Assembly (NCBI GenBank): GCA_944364015.1
Contig: CALVVX010000001.1
Coordinates: 6,357 to 70,356, forward strand
Length of the DNA: 64,000 nt
From: an uncultured Bacilli bacterium
GTDB lineage: Bacteria > Bacillota_I > Bacilli_A > RF39 > UBA660
Direction of reading: 5' to 3'
A program made the translations under genes and the position numbers. The notes under the pieces were generated by a model. That model did not search any database. It saw nothing but the letters and a program-made list of their open reading frames with translations, and was not told the origin of the DNA. Positions 38,914 to 49,387 of this stretch are shown here, piece after piece. Numbering within the stretch: position 1 is the stretch's first letter; each line of letters starts with the position of its first letter.

Positions 38914-38961
38914 AAAAATCACCAACAAAATTATAACAAAAAATAAAAATAAATGCAAATT

Positions 38962-39642
38962 TTAATCGCGACGACTAAAAACTACTAAAGCTAAACGTAA
39001 TATTTCAAGTAAAGTAGTAACTAAAGAAGCAATATAAGTAAAAGCCGCGGCCATTAACATAGAAGAACTCTGCCCTACTTCATCACTATCTAAAATAGCA
39101 AGTTCTGCAAGTTGCATCTTTGCTCTTTTTGAAGCATCAAGTTCTACAGGTAATGTAACAAGTTGAAATAATAAAATAACCAATAACAAGACAATACCTA
39201 CTAATGCTAAATCTAGAAAATTAAATATAAAGCCTAAAAATACCGCTAAATAACCCATTTTAGAACTAAAATTAACCGCAGGTACTAAAGCAGATCTAAT
39301 TTTCATAAAAGTATAATTATCTTTATCTTGAAGTGCATGACCAACCTCATGAGCTGCAACACTAACAGAAGCAATAGAATCTCCATCAAATACAGATTGA
39401 GATAATCTAACTACTTTTCTTTTGGGATCATAATGATCAGTAAGCTCTCCTTTAATAGCAACAACATGTATATCATCAAGTCCATTTTTTTTAAGAATTT
39501 TCTTTGCTACTTCAAAACCTGTTAATCCAGATTTAGATTTAACTTGTCTATATTTTTTATAACTACAATTAATATAAATATCTGCTACTATAGTAATAAT
39601 TAATCCTAGTAATAATAATCCATAATTTAATATAATATCCAT
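38962..39642 (-). CDS. Membrane-anchored zinc metallopeptidase (YugP-like)
   Basis: HEVGH zinc motif and flanking TM segments. Confidence 0.55.
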   Translation of the reverse strand: MDIILNYGLLLLGLIITIVADIYINCSYKKYRQVKSKSGLTGFEVAKKILKKNGLDDIHVVAIKGELTDHYDPKRKVVRLSQSVFDGDSIASVSVAAHEVGHALQDKDNYTFMKIRSALVPAVNFSSKMGYLAVFLGFIFNFLDLALVGIVLLLVILLFQLVTLPVELDASKRAKMQLAELAILDSDEVGQSSSMLMAAAFTYIASLVTTLLEILRLALVVFSRRD

Positions 39643-39650
39643 AATACCTC

Positions 39651-40964
39651 CTATAATATGTTTTTATCAATTAATTTTTTTCGTAATAAATCAGCTTTAT
39701 CAAAATCTTTATTATTACGAGCATCTATCCAATTATTATATAATAAAATATCATCTTTATGCCATTTATCAACATTATATTTTAAACCTAAAACATCACA
39801 AATAACCAAAATCTTACTAGCAACATCTATTAAATTATTATCATTTTTTCTAATTAATTCATTTAACTTTTTAACTAATTCTAATAAATAACTAATAACA
39901 TTTGGAGTATTAAAATCATCATTCATATATTTTTCAAAAATATCATCTTTAATATTAGCATTAAATTCTAAATTATTAACATTACGATAAACATTCGCAC
40001 TCTTAATAACATTTCTAATTTTATCATCAATATTAATAGCCTCATTTAATAAATCACTAGTAAAATTAAGCGGTAGACGATAATGAGTTTTAAACATAGA
40101 AATTTTTATTACATTAGAACTATAATTTTTAATAAAATCTCTAGCAAGAATAAAGTTATTAAGGCTCTTACTCATTTTTTGTCCATCTACATTTATATGC
40201 CCATTATGCATCCAATAATTAGCCAAATGATGATTATGTAAAGCCATAGATTGTGCAATTTCGTTTTCATGATGTGGAAATTGTAAATCAATTCCACCAC
40301 CATGAATATCAATTTTGCCATTAAAAATACCATCAATCATAACAACACATTCAGTATGCCAACCTGGTATTCCCTTACCCCAAGGCGAATCAAAAACTTC
40401 TCCTTCACTAGAACTTCTCCATAATGCAAAATCTAATGCATCCTCTTTTTTCTTGTCAACTTCAACCCTTGCACCGCTTTCTAACTCTTCAATATTTTGA
40501 TTAGATAAAATACCATAATCTTTTATTTTTTTTACTCTAAAATAAACATCTCCATCAACTACATATGCATAATCTTTTTCAATTAATTTACTAATAAAAT
40601 TAAAAATATTATCTAAATTATCAATAACACGAGGACGATAATCAATATCAGCACAATTATAACTTGTTAAATCTTCTAAATAAGCTTCTATATACTTATT
40701 AGCTATTTCTCTTTCAGTAACATTATTATCAATCGCAGCTTTAGTTATTTTATAATTAATATCAGTAAAATTAGAAGCATAAGTAACATCATATCCTAAA
40801 TACTTAAAATACTTATATACCATATCAAAAGTAATAACAGGACGCATATTACCTATATGAACATAATTATAAACAGTTGGACCACATACATACATAGTTA
40901 TTTTGTTTTTATTAATAGGAATAAATTCCTCTTTTTTATTTGTAAGAGAATTGTATATAAACAT
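39651..40964 (-). CDS. cysS: Cysteine--tRNA ligase
   Basis: HIGH-type motif (CGPTVYNYVHIGN), Cys/His zinc ligands and KMSKS. At 437 aa it is somewhat short. Confidence 0.88.
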   Translation of the reverse strand: MFIYNSLTNKKEEFIPINKNKITMYVCGPTVYNYVHIGNMRPVITFDMVYKYFKYLGYDVTYASNFTDINYKITKAAIDNNVTEREIANKYIEAYLEDLTSYNCADIDYRPRVIDNLDNIFNFISKLIEKDYAYVVDGDVYFRVKKIKDYGILSNQNIEELESGARVEVDKKKEDALDFALWRSSSEGEVFDSPWGKGIPGWHTECVVMIDGIFNGKIDIHGGGIDLQFPHHENEIAQSMALHNHHLANYWMHNGHINVDGQKMSKSLNNFILARDFIKNYSSNVIKISMFKTHYRLPLNFTSDLLNEAINIDDKIRNVIKSANVYRNVNNLEFNANIKDDIFEKYMNDDFNTPNVISYLLELVKKLNELIRKNDNNLIDVASKILVICDVLGLKYNVDKWHKDDILLYNNWIDARNNKDFDKADLLRKKLIDKNIL

Positions 40965-41137
40965 AACTTCCCTCCTTTATAAATATATAATAAAATTATG
41001 TTTAAATTATGTGAAAAACAAATAATATATAATATTTTATCACATAATTATACTTTTTTGTTAAAATAAAACAAATAAATATAAAAATACTGACTTTTAC
41101 AACAAAATATAGTATAATTAAAGAACTGGAGGAAGTT

Positions 41138-41701
41138 ATGAAAAATAGAAAGTCATCAATAAGTTCAATAGATGCTAATATAATAGTACTTGCTTGTTAT
41201 TTATTTTCTTTACTATTATCATGGCTTAATGAAGCAAGATATATTGCATGGCTATTTCCTATGATTATATACATAATAGAAAGAAAAAGCGAATTTGTAA
41301 AAAAGCATTCTGCTCAAGCAACAATATTATTTGGTCTTTATACAATATTTTCTATAATATATACATTTATATTTATTATATTATTCCCAGAAGTTAATAT
41401 ATTTGATATTAATTTAAGTAACTTTGCAGGATCATTATTACTATTAACCACATTAATAGCATTATCATTTGCAATATTAATAGTAATAACAATAATAAGT
41501 ATAATTGCAGTATCTAAAACGTGGCATTATGAGGAATATAATATACCATTAGTAAATAAATTAGTACCTAGATTTAAAAAAATAATGGATAAAATAATGC
41601 AAAATAACAATAAAAAAGATAAAGATATAATAATAGATACAGAAATAGAAGAAAAAGAAATAAAAAAAAGAAAAGAAGTTGATAAAAATGAAAAAAGGTA
41701 A
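41138..41701 (+). CDS. Hypothetical membrane protein with a lysine-rich C-terminal tail
   Basis: Hydrophobic helices followed by a KKDKDIIIDTEIEEKEIKKRKEVDK tail. Confidence 0.35.
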   Translation: MKNRKSSISSIDANIIVLACYLFSLLLSWLNEARYIAWLFPMIIYIIERKSEFVKKHSAQATILFGLYTIFSIIYTFIFIILFPEVNIFDINLSNFAGSLLLLTTLIALSFAILIVITIISIIAVSKTWHYEEYNIPLVNKLVPRFKKIMDKIMQNNNKKDKDIIIDTEIEEKEIKKRKEVDKNEKR

Positions 41702-42248
41702 TTATATTGTAATATCTGGTCCATCTGGTGTAGGAAAAGGAACAATATGTAAGCAAGTAGTCGAAAATTTAAAATTAGAATATTCTATTTCCATGACAAC
41801 AAGAGAAAAAAGAGAAGGAGAAATTGATGGAGTAAATTATTATTTTACTACTAAAGATGACTTTAAAAATAGAATAAAAAATAAAGAGTTTATTGAATAT
41901 GCAATTTATAATGATAACTATTATGGTACTTTGAAAAAAGAAGTAATTGATAAGATAAATATGGGAAAAAATATAATATGTGAAATAGAAGTACAAGGAG
42001 CAAAACAAATTAAAAAATTATTTCCATTTGCCCTTTTAATCTTTATTACACCACCATCTATTGAAGAGTTAAGAAATAGATTATTAAAACGTAATACTAA
42101 TGATTTAGATGATGTAGAAAGAAGAATAAATATTGCTAAAGAAGAAGATAAGTATAAAGATATATATGATTATGTAGTAGTTAATGATGATTTAGATAAA
42201 GCAATATTAGAAGTAAATAACATAATAGCAAACAAGATAAATAATTAA
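41688..42248 (+). CDS. gmk: Guanylate kinase
   Basis: P-loop GPSGVGKGT. The track start is TTG; the ATG lies 9 nt downstream. Confidence 0.85.
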   Translation: MKKGNYIVISGPSGVGKGTICKQVVENLKLEYSISMTTREKREGEIDGVNYYFTTKDDFKNRIKNKEFIEYAIYNDNYYGTLKKEVIDKINMGKNIICEIEVQGAKQIKKLFPFALLIFITPPSIEELRNRLLKRNTNDLDDVERRINIAKEEDKYKDIYDYVVVNDDLDKAILEVNNIIANKINN

Positions 42249-42290
42249 ACCAAATAACTAAATTACATATAATAAAAAAGGAGGGTTTTT

Positions 42291-43544
42291 ATGTCAAAAA
42301 TACAAATAGAAGGGGGACATAAATTAACTGGAACAATTAACATAAGTGGTGCTAAAAACAGTGCAGTAGCTTTAATCCCATCAGCCATTTTATGTGATGA
42401 ACAAACAACAATTACTAATGTTCCTAATATTTCAGATGTAGATAGTCTAGAAGAAATATTAAAATATTTAAACGTAAGTATAAAAAGAGATAATGATAAT
42501 GTAACTATAGATTGTTCTAAAATGGAAAATAAAAGTATTCCTAATGAGTTAAGTCAAAAATTAAGAGCATCATACTATTTTATGGGAGCTTTATTAGCTA
42601 AATTTCATAAAGTAGATATGCATTTTCCAGGAGGGTGTTCGATTGGAAAAAGACCCATTGATCTTCATTTAAAAGGATTCGAAAAATTAGGAGCAAAAGT
42701 AGAAGAAAAAGATGATCACATAACAATAAGCGCAAATGAGTTAAAAGGAAATAAAATATATTTAGACATACCAAGTGTTGGAGCTACAATTAATATTATG
42801 ATTGCGGCAGTAAAAGCAACAGGAACAACAATAATAGAAAATGCAGCTCAAGAACCAGAAATAGTAAATGTAGCTATGTATCTAAATAATATGGGAGCTC
42901 AAATAACAGGAGCAGGTTCAAATTCAATAAAAATAATTGGTGTAAAAAAATTAACTAAAGCAATACATGAAGTAATACCAGATCGTATAGAAGCAGGAAC
43001 TTATTTAATAATAGCATCATTACTAGGAGAAAATCTAAAAATAAATAAAATAATAATTAGTCATCTAGAACCTCTAATTTCTAAATTACAAGAAGCAGGA
43101 GTAAAAATGGATATAAAAGATGATTATATAATAGTAAATAAAGTAGAAAAATATAAAGCAATAAACATAAAAACATTAGTATATCCAGGTTTTCCAACAG
43201 ATTTACAACAACCTATGATACCATTTTTAACACAATGTAGAGGAATAAGTAAAGTAGAAGAAACAATATGGGAAAACCGTTTTCAAAACATACCAGATAC
43301 CATAAAAATGGGTGCAGATATAAAAGTAGAAAACAATAGAATTGCCTATATAAAAGGAATAACGCCGCTTACAGGAAAAGAAGTAAAAGCAACAGATTTA
43401 CGCGGAGGAGCTTCAATGTTAATATGTGGATTAATTGCTAAAGGTAATACTACAATTAGTAATATTAACTACATATTAAGAGGATATGACAAAATAGTAG
43501 AAAAACTACAACAAGTCGGAGCAAAAATTGAATTAATAGATTAA
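42291..43544 (+). CDS. murA: UDP-N-acetylglucosamine 1-carboxyvinyltransferase
   Basis: EPSP-synthase-fold MurA with the active-site Cys in GGCSIGKRPIDLH. SD AAGGAGGG. Confidence 0.93.
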   Translation: MSKIQIEGGHKLTGTINISGAKNSAVALIPSAILCDEQTTITNVPNISDVDSLEEILKYLNVSIKRDNDNVTIDCSKMENKSIPNELSQKLRASYYFMGALLAKFHKVDMHFPGGCSIGKRPIDLHLKGFEKLGAKVEEKDDHITISANELKGNKIYLDIPSVGATINIMIAAVKATGTTIIENAAQEPEIVNVAMYLNNMGAQITGAGSNSIKIIGVKKLTKAIHEVIPDRIEAGTYLIIASLLGENLKINKIIISHLEPLISKLQEAGVKMDIKDDYIIVNKVEKYKAINIKTLVYPGFPTDLQQPMIPFLTQCRGISKVEETIWENRFQNIPDTIKMGADIKVENNRIAYIKGITPLTGKEVKATDLRGGASMLICGLIAKGNTTISNINYILRGYDKIVEKLQQVGAKIELID

Positions 43545-43572
43545 AGATTAATATAATTAACTAGAGGTGCTT

Positions 43573-44253
43573 ATGAAAAAAGCAATATTAATTATATTAA
43601 TCTTTTCTTCTTGTTATTTTGTTTATAATATAACTAAAAATAATTCTTTATTTTATTTAAACATCGGAGATGCTCTAGCTATGGGAATAGATAACAATAA
43701 CATAATAACAGAAGGTTATAGTATAAAATTAAAAAATTATTTAGAAGAAACTAAGCAACTAAAAGGATATAATTCTAGTTTTACTAACAAAGACTATCGT
43801 ATAACAGATATTACTAATAGTATTAAATATCATAAAGTAATAACTATTAATAAAGATGAACAAACAATAAATGAATTATTAAAAAAAGCAGATATAATAA
43901 CCATATCTTTAGGAATGAATGAATTATATTATAAATTATTAACCAATACTAATAATATGTATACATATATAGATGAAATATTACAAGATATGGAAGAATT
44001 ATTAATAGAAATAAAAAAATATAATAATAAAAAAGTAATAGTATTAGGATATTATAATATTACAAATAATAATAGTGATATTTTTACTTACATAAACTAT
44101 AAATTAAATAAAATAGTAACTAATAAAAACTTTATTTTTATAAACTTAAATGATATTCTTAACAAAGACGATTATAATACAAATAATAATATATTTTATC
44201 CAAAAAAAGCATCATATGAAAAAATTTTTCAAATAATAGTTGATAAAATATAA
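43573..44253 (+). CDS. Secreted protein or lipoprotein, possible degenerate SGNH-fold
   Basis: Signal peptide with a possible lipobox FSSC. NIGDALAMG resembles a degenerate GDSx motif. Confidence 0.3.
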   Translation: MKKAILIILIFSSCYFVYNITKNNSLFYLNIGDALAMGIDNNNIITEGYSIKLKNYLEETKQLKGYNSSFTNKDYRITDITNSIKYHKVITINKDEQTINELLKKADIITISLGMNELYYKLLTNTNNMYTYIDEILQDMEELLIEIKKYNNKKVIVLGYYNITNNNSDIFTYINYKLNKIVTNKNFIFINLNDILNKDDYNTNNNIFYPKKASYEKIFQIIVDKI

Positions 44254-44318
44254 AAATATTGATATAATAAAAAACGAATTTATTACTATGACTTTGTCAT
44301 GGCGGAAGGAGAGATAAA

Positions 44319-44534
44319 ATGAAAGCAAACATACATCCAAACTATGTAGAAGCTACTGTAACATGTGCATGTGGAAATACATTTAAAACAAAGTCAACTA
44401 CAGATAAGATAAATGTTGAAGTATGTTCTATGTGTCATCCTTTTTATACAGGAAAACAAAACTTTGGAAGTAGAAAAGGACAAGTAGATAAATTTAATAA
44501 AAAATATGGATTTAATCAAAAAGAAACTGCTTAA
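44319..44534 (+). CDS. rpmE: 50S ribosomal protein L31 (zinc-ribbon type)
   Basis: [22 protein letters not shown]...[12 protein letters not shown] with four Cys. Confidence 0.9.
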   Translation: MKANIHPNYVEATVTCACGNTFKTKSTTDKINVEVCSMCHPFYTGKQNFGSRKGQVDKFNKKYGFNQKETA

Positions 44535-44556
44535 TTTAAGTAGTTTCTTTTATATG
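44521..44556. terminator. Bidirectional intrinsic terminator between convergent rpmE and the secreted-protein operon
   Basis: AAGAAACT...AGTTTCTT stem with inner pairing (about 13 bp total), followed by TTAT. Confidence 0.55.
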
Positions 44557-45197
44557 AAATCAATAATAACAGTAGTTGTTTTTGTCTGCCCATCTACAGT
44601 ATAATTTGCTTTTATTGTTAATACATCATTGTATTCTACAATACCAAATTTTCCATATATAGTTAATCTAAATTGCATATTTAAAGTAGCTATATCATTT
44701 GGAGCAAGCGATGTTTTATCAATACTTATATTGACATTATCTATTAGATTTGACCATGAATCTATTTCATAGGTAGTGTTTCCATTTTCCCATGTTAAAT
44801 TACTTAAATTTTTTATTTTAAAATTCAAATTAAAGTTTTCTCTTTTTGGGTTTACTAGTTGTCCAATTACATAAGTTTTTGTTATATTTAATTTATATGT
44901 ACTAGTTGCCACATCATATGATTCATTTATATTTTCAAATCTATTTTGATTACTAATTGCGTTTCCCTCTATATATTCGGATTTAAAACTTTCATTGAAA
45001 TTTACTCCATTTTCGGTTTGCTCCGGTAGTGCTGGTAAAATATTTTCAGGCCACACATAACCATCAATACTAGCTACTCCAGTTACACTTAAAGTTTCAC
45101 TATAGTATGCATATGATATTCCTAATATTATTATAAATAAAATATATAATGAAAGAATAACATTTCTACTTTTTTTGTGTTGCTTTAATATAGGCAT
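44550..45197 (-). CDS. Secreted protein with a SipW-cognate (TasA/camelysin-type) signal peptide
   Basis: N-terminal TM followed by AYYSETLSVTGVAS, which matches the AyFsDte...G pattern of SipW-dependent signal peptides. Confidence 0.4.
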   Translation of the reverse strand: MPILKQHKKSRNVILSLYILFIIILGISYAYYSETLSVTGVASIDGYVWPENILPALPEQTENGVNFNESFKSEYIEGNAISNQNRFENINESYDVATSTYKLNITKTYVIGQLVNPKRENFNLNFKIKNLSNLTWENGNTTYEIDSWSNLIDNVNISIDKTSLAPNDIATLNMQFRLTIYGKFGIVEYNDVLTIKANYTVDGQTKTTTVIIDFI

Positions 45198-45801
45198 TAA
45201 AACTCACATCCTTTTGTGCAGAATAACTATCTGCATTCCATGTTACTGTTATAGTTCCATTTATGGTATTTCCACTTAATAAATCTCCACTTATATCATT
45301 TGTATTAAATGATACATCACTATCTTGATTACTTGTTATAACTAAATTTTCTAAAGTAGCATCTATTGTTCCATTGTTTGATAGGTCTGTTTGCGTACCA
45401 TTAACTTCAACAGTTATATCATCTTCATTACATGCCGTTGTTGTTCCTGAAGATGATTGCTGTTTACAAACTACTGATGGAGCTCCTACAGAAGCCTCAA
45501 TTGATCCTAGATTTGTAATAGTGTATTCAACAACACTTTTGCTTCCTGGTTGAGCTAATTCTGTAGCTATTTGGAATGTTAATACGCCATCTGGAGACAT
45601 TGTTGTTCCTAGTGGTGTAATCGTTGTTGTTGCACCAGTATCAGTAGCGGTAGCATTAGTAAATTTAACATCAAAATCTCCTGTTGTAGTAGCAGTACCT
45701 GTTATAGTAAGTGTTGATGCAAATGCTGCAAAACTTACACCTACTGCTAAAATACCAATAATTGCTCCTACTAAAACGCTTTTTCCATACATATTTTTCA
45801 T
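45166..45801 (-). CDS. Secreted Thr/Gly-rich protein with a SipW-cognate-type signal peptide
   Basis: VGVSFAAFASTLTITGTATTTGDF. Overlaps the downstream paralog-like gene by 32 nt. Confidence 0.4.
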   Translation of the reverse strand: MKNMYGKSVLVGAIIGILAVGVSFAAFASTLTITGTATTTGDFDVKFTNATATDTGATTTITPLGTTMSPDGVLTFQIATELAQPGSKSVVEYTITNLGSIEASVGAPSVVCKQQSSSGTTTACNEDDITVEVNGTQTDLSNNGTIDATLENLVITSNQDSDVSFNTNDISGDLLSGNTINGTITVTWNADSYSAQKDVSFNAYIKATQKK

Positions 45802-45844
45802 TTTTTATCATCCTATCACAATAATTATAGCAAACATAAATATC

Positions 45845-45889
45845 AATTACAAATAATGTTCTAAAATTACAAATAATGTTCTAAAATTA
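45845..45889. repeat. Perfect tandem direct repeat, 2.25 copies of the 20-mer TTACAAATAATGTTCTAAAA
   Basis: Read directly: aattacaaataatgttctaaaattacaaataatgttctaaaatta. It lies 45-90 bp upstream of the start of the 45166..45801 gene. Confidence 0.85.
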
Positions 45890-45981
45890 TTCTCATGAAT
45901 AAAATTAAAAAACGAATATTATATATTTAAATGTATAATTTTATTCATTATAAAATAATAAAAAGAAGCAAACTAATCGAA

Positions 45982-46950
45982 CTAATGCTTCCTTTTATTA
46001 ACATCCATTTTTTTTAAATATTCTTTAAACAAAACAGCATTTTTAGCTTTAACTAAAGCTAAATAATCTCCAAATTCTTGTAACAAAATACCATTATTTT
46101 TGCAAAACTCTTCAATATTCATACTAGGAAAAAGAATAAACATTTTTATTAATTCTTCTGCCTTTTTAATTTCTTTATTAACTACATTATCAGATACAGT
46201 AGTACTAGTTTTACTACTTTCTTTTTTAGTTTGAGAATACATTTCTATCTTTTGTTTTATATTAGCAATTTTATCTTTATCTGCCTCATTAAATAAGTCT
46301 TCTAACAACTTCATTTTCTTATCATTACTTAATTTATTTATTTTAGTTAAAATATCAATTATATCTTTTTTATCACTAGCCTTAAATAATTTATTAAACA
46401 AATCTTTACTATAATCAACATATACTCTTTTTTTCTTTCTAGAAGCAATATGTTTATTAATAGTAGTTTTATTTTCCCCTAATACAATTTTACGATAATT
46501 AATTCCCATAGATAAAAGATCTTCATAATTAATAGAAAATTCTCTACTCTTTTCTTTTAATAAATCATCATGCCAATTAACACTCTCACAAATATAATGT
46601 AATTGTTTTAAAAGTACTTTTTCTAAATTATTAGATACCCAAAAGTAATCATGAATATTATCATTTGTTATTTCTTTTTCTTTAATTAAATATTTAATAA
46701 GCCTAGAATAATAAAATAATAATTTAGCATTATGTCTAGAAATAAAGAAATCAAAATGCTTATTTAAAAAGTTATTATCAATTTTTAAATCATTTAATAA
46801 ATATCTAATCGCATTACTTTTAACACTATCTTCATTTAATCCCATATCATTAATTATAGGTAAAAGTTTTTTTCTATCAAAATTAGCATCAACGCATAAA
46901 TTATAACAAAGTAAAAATAAATTAGTAGTTTCACTCTTATTTTTCATCAA
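45982..46950 (-). CDS. Hypothetical cytoplasmic protein
   Basis: ORF only; no recognisable motifs. Confidence 0.3.
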   Translation of the reverse strand: MMKNKSETTNLFLLCYNLCVDANFDRKKLLPIINDMGLNEDSVKSNAIRYLLNDLKIDNNFLNKHFDFFISRHNAKLLFYYSRLIKYLIKEKEITNDNIHDYFWVSNNLEKVLLKQLHYICESVNWHDDLLKEKSREFSINYEDLLSMGINYRKIVLGENKTTINKHIASRKKKRVYVDYSKDLFNKLFKASDKKDIIDILTKINKLSNDKKMKLLEDLFNEADKDKIANIKQKIEMYSQTKKESSKTSTTVSDNVVNKEIKKAEELIKMFILFPSMNIEEFCKNNGILLQEFGDYLALVKAKNAVLFKEYLKKMDVNKRKH

Positions 46951-47066
46951 TTCACCTTCTAAATATATATTAACATAATATTATTAATATTGCCATAACA
47001 TTTACAAAAAAATTAAAAAATGCTATACTATAACTATATTAAATTAATTAAGAAAGAGGGTATAAA

Positions 47067-47507
47067 ATGACAATAGGAATAACAAATGATCATCGTGGTG
47101 TAAAAATGAAAGAAATATTGACAAATTATTTAGAACATATGGAATATAATATAATAGATTACGGGACAAAAACAGAAGAATCTGTAGATTTTCCAGATTA
47201 TGCTTATAAATTAGGAAAAGCAATTTTAACACACGAAGTAGATATAGGTATAGCAATATGTGGCACAGGAATAGGAATGAGTATAGCTTTAAATAAGATG
47301 AAGAATATATATTGTGCTAAAGTAAGTACGCCCGCAGAAGCATCACTAGCAAAAGCTCACAATAATGCTAATGCAATAGCTATATCAGAAGAATTACCAG
47401 AAGAATTAGCTAAAGAAATTGTAAAAAGGTTTATTGATACCCCATTTTCTAATATTAATAAGTATGTAAGAAGAAATGATAAAATAAAGGAAATTGAAAA
47501 TGAGTAA
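47067..47507 (+). CDS. rpiB: Ribose-5-phosphate isomerase B (RpiB/LacAB family)
   Basis: IGIAICGTGIGMSIALNK motif. Confidence 0.8.
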   Translation: MTIGITNDHRGVKMKEILTNYLEHMEYNIIDYGTKTEESVDFPDYAYKLGKAILTHEVDIGIAICGTGIGMSIALNKMKNIYCAKVSTPAEASLAKAHNNANAIAISEELPEELAKEIVKRFIDTPFSNINKYVRRNDKIKEIENE

Positions 47508-47691
47508 AATAATACTATATGTATTAGTTATGCCATTTATAATATGGGCTTTTGATAGTATAAATATAAATCAAATATTTAAAAAAAATAGACCATATCA
47601 AGCTAGAATTATTTATATGGCTTTTATATTTGGATTATCTTATTTAGTAGTTAATTTTTTAAATGATTTTTTAGGAGTAATAAAAATTTAA
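47494..47691 (+). CDS. Small membrane protein
   Basis: 65 aa with two hydrophobic helices, overlapping the rpiB stop. Weak. Confidence 0.25.
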   Translation: MKMSKIILYVLVMPFIIWAFDSININQIFKKNRPYQARIIYMAFIFGLSYLVVNFLNDFLGVIKI

Positions 47692-47704
47692 AAGAGGGTA
47701 GATA

Positions 47705-48628
47705 ATGAAAAAAATAATAATTTTTACCATAATATTAATTTTTATTCCTTTTTTTATTATAAAAATATTTAATATTAATAACATAGAAGAAATACAATTA
47801 AAATATATAAATAATATTAATGTTAGAGTTAAAAGATTAGAAACTAATGAAATACAAACAATACCATTAGAAGAATATGTTGCAGGTGTTTTAGCAGGAG
47901 AAATGCCTATTTATTTTGATTTAGAAGCATTAAAAGCCCAAGCAGTAGCATCTCGTAGTTATGTATTAAAAAGAATTGAATATAATAAAAATAATGAATA
48001 TGATGTAGTAGATAGTGTTCTTAATCAAGTTTATTTAGATAATGAACACTTAAAAGAAGCATGGCAAGAAGATTATACAAAAAATATAAATAAAATAAGA
48101 CTTGCGGTTAATCAGACAATAGATCAATATTTAGAATATGATGGACAAATAATTGATGCTTTATTTTTTTCTACAAGTAATGGTTATACTGAAGATTCTG
48201 ATTTAGTATTTAATTTAGAACTACCATATTTAAAAAGTGTAGAATCATCATGGGATGAAGAAACATCATCAGTATTTAATTCTACTACTACTATGTCATT
48301 ACAAGAGTTTTATGAGCGATTAAATTTAAAATATCAAGATAAATTAATTATAGAAATACTACAAAGAAGTAATACTAATAGAGTTTTAAAATTAAAAATT
48401 AATAATCAAGAATTTAATGGTAGAACTTTATATGAAAAATTAGGATTAAGATCAACTGATTTTGAAATAATACAAAATAATACTAATGTTGAGATAAAAA
48501 CTAAAGGATATGGACATGGAGTGGGTATGAGTCAATATGGCGCTCAAGGTATGGCATTAAAGGGATATAAATATGATGAAATATTAAAGCATTATTATAC
48601 GGGAACAAAAATAAATAAAATTTATTAA
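47705..48628 (+). CDS. spoIID: Stage II sporulation protein D (SpoIID/LytB lytic transglycosylase)
   Basis: SpoIID domain motifs (EYVAGVLAGEMP, ALKAQAVASRSY, GYGHGVGMSQYGAQGMA). Confidence 0.85.
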   Translation: MKKIIIFTIILIFIPFFIIKIFNINNIEEIQLKYINNINVRVKRLETNEIQTIPLEEYVAGVLAGEMPIYFDLEALKAQAVASRSYVLKRIEYNKNNEYDVVDSVLNQVYLDNEHLKEAWQEDYTKNINKIRLAVNQTIDQYLEYDGQIIDALFFSTSNGYTEDSDLVFNLELPYLKSVESSWDEETSSVFNSTTTMSLQEFYERLNLKYQDKLIIEILQRSNTNRVLKLKINNQEFNGRTLYEKLGLRSTDFEIIQNNTNVEIKTKGYGHGVGMSQYGAQGMALKGYKYDEILKHYYTGTKINKIY

Positions 48629-48680
48629 AAAAATGTATATAATCTCTATTTTAGTTAAAACTTAAAATAGAGGTGAAAGA

Positions 48681-49325
48681 ATGACAAAAAGAAAATTAAA
48701 ACCATTTGTAGTACCAGTACTTTATGGTCTAACTGTAATAGCTTTTGTATTTTGTTTATATATGATACAACTAATAATAGGAAAAGTTACATTTAAAGAG
48801 GAAATAAAAGAAGATACAGATTATGTAGATAGTGAAATAATACAGCCTAATAATCAATTACCAGTAGTAACTAATGAAACAGTAATAATTAGACCATATA
48901 CAAATGCTGATGTTAGTATAGCTAAAAATTTTTATGATTATAAAGCAGAAGCAGATAAACAAAAAGATGCAATAATTTATTATGAAAATACATATATGCA
49001 AAATTCTGGTATAGATTATAAAAGTGAGAATGTATTTGATGTAGTATCAATACTAGATGGAACAGTAGTAGATGTTAAAGAAGATAACATATTAGGAAAA
49101 ATTATTCAAATAAAACACACTAATGACATAATAAGTGTATATCAAAGTTTATCACAGACAAATGTTAATAAAGATGATAAAGTACTCGCAGGACAAATAA
49201 TAGGTAAAAGTGGAGAATCAAATATAAATAAAGATATTGGTAATCATCTACACTTTGAATTATATTATCAAGGACAAATAGTAAATCCTGAAGAATATTA
49301 TGATAAAAATGTAGAAGAATTATAA
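48681..49325 (+). CDS. spoIIQ: M23/LytM-family peptidase, SpoIIQ-like
   Basis: N-terminal TM plus an M23 domain (HTNDIISVYQSL...GQIIGKSGES...HLHFELYYQGQIVNP). Lies between spoIID and spoIIID as in Clostridia. Confidence 0.55.
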   Translation: MTKRKLKPFVVPVLYGLTVIAFVFCLYMIQLIIGKVTFKEEIKEDTDYVDSEIIQPNNQLPVVTNETVIIRPYTNADVSIAKNFYDYKAEADKQKDAIIYYENTYMQNSGIDYKSENVFDVVSILDGTVVDVKEDNILGKIIQIKHTNDIISVYQSLSQTNVNKDDKVLAGQIIGKSGESNINKDIGNHLHFELYYQGQIVNPEEYYDKNVEEL

Positions 49326-49387
49326 GGCGGTATCGCCCTTTTTTCATAATAACAAAAAACAACAATATAATAATAAGGGGAGATACA

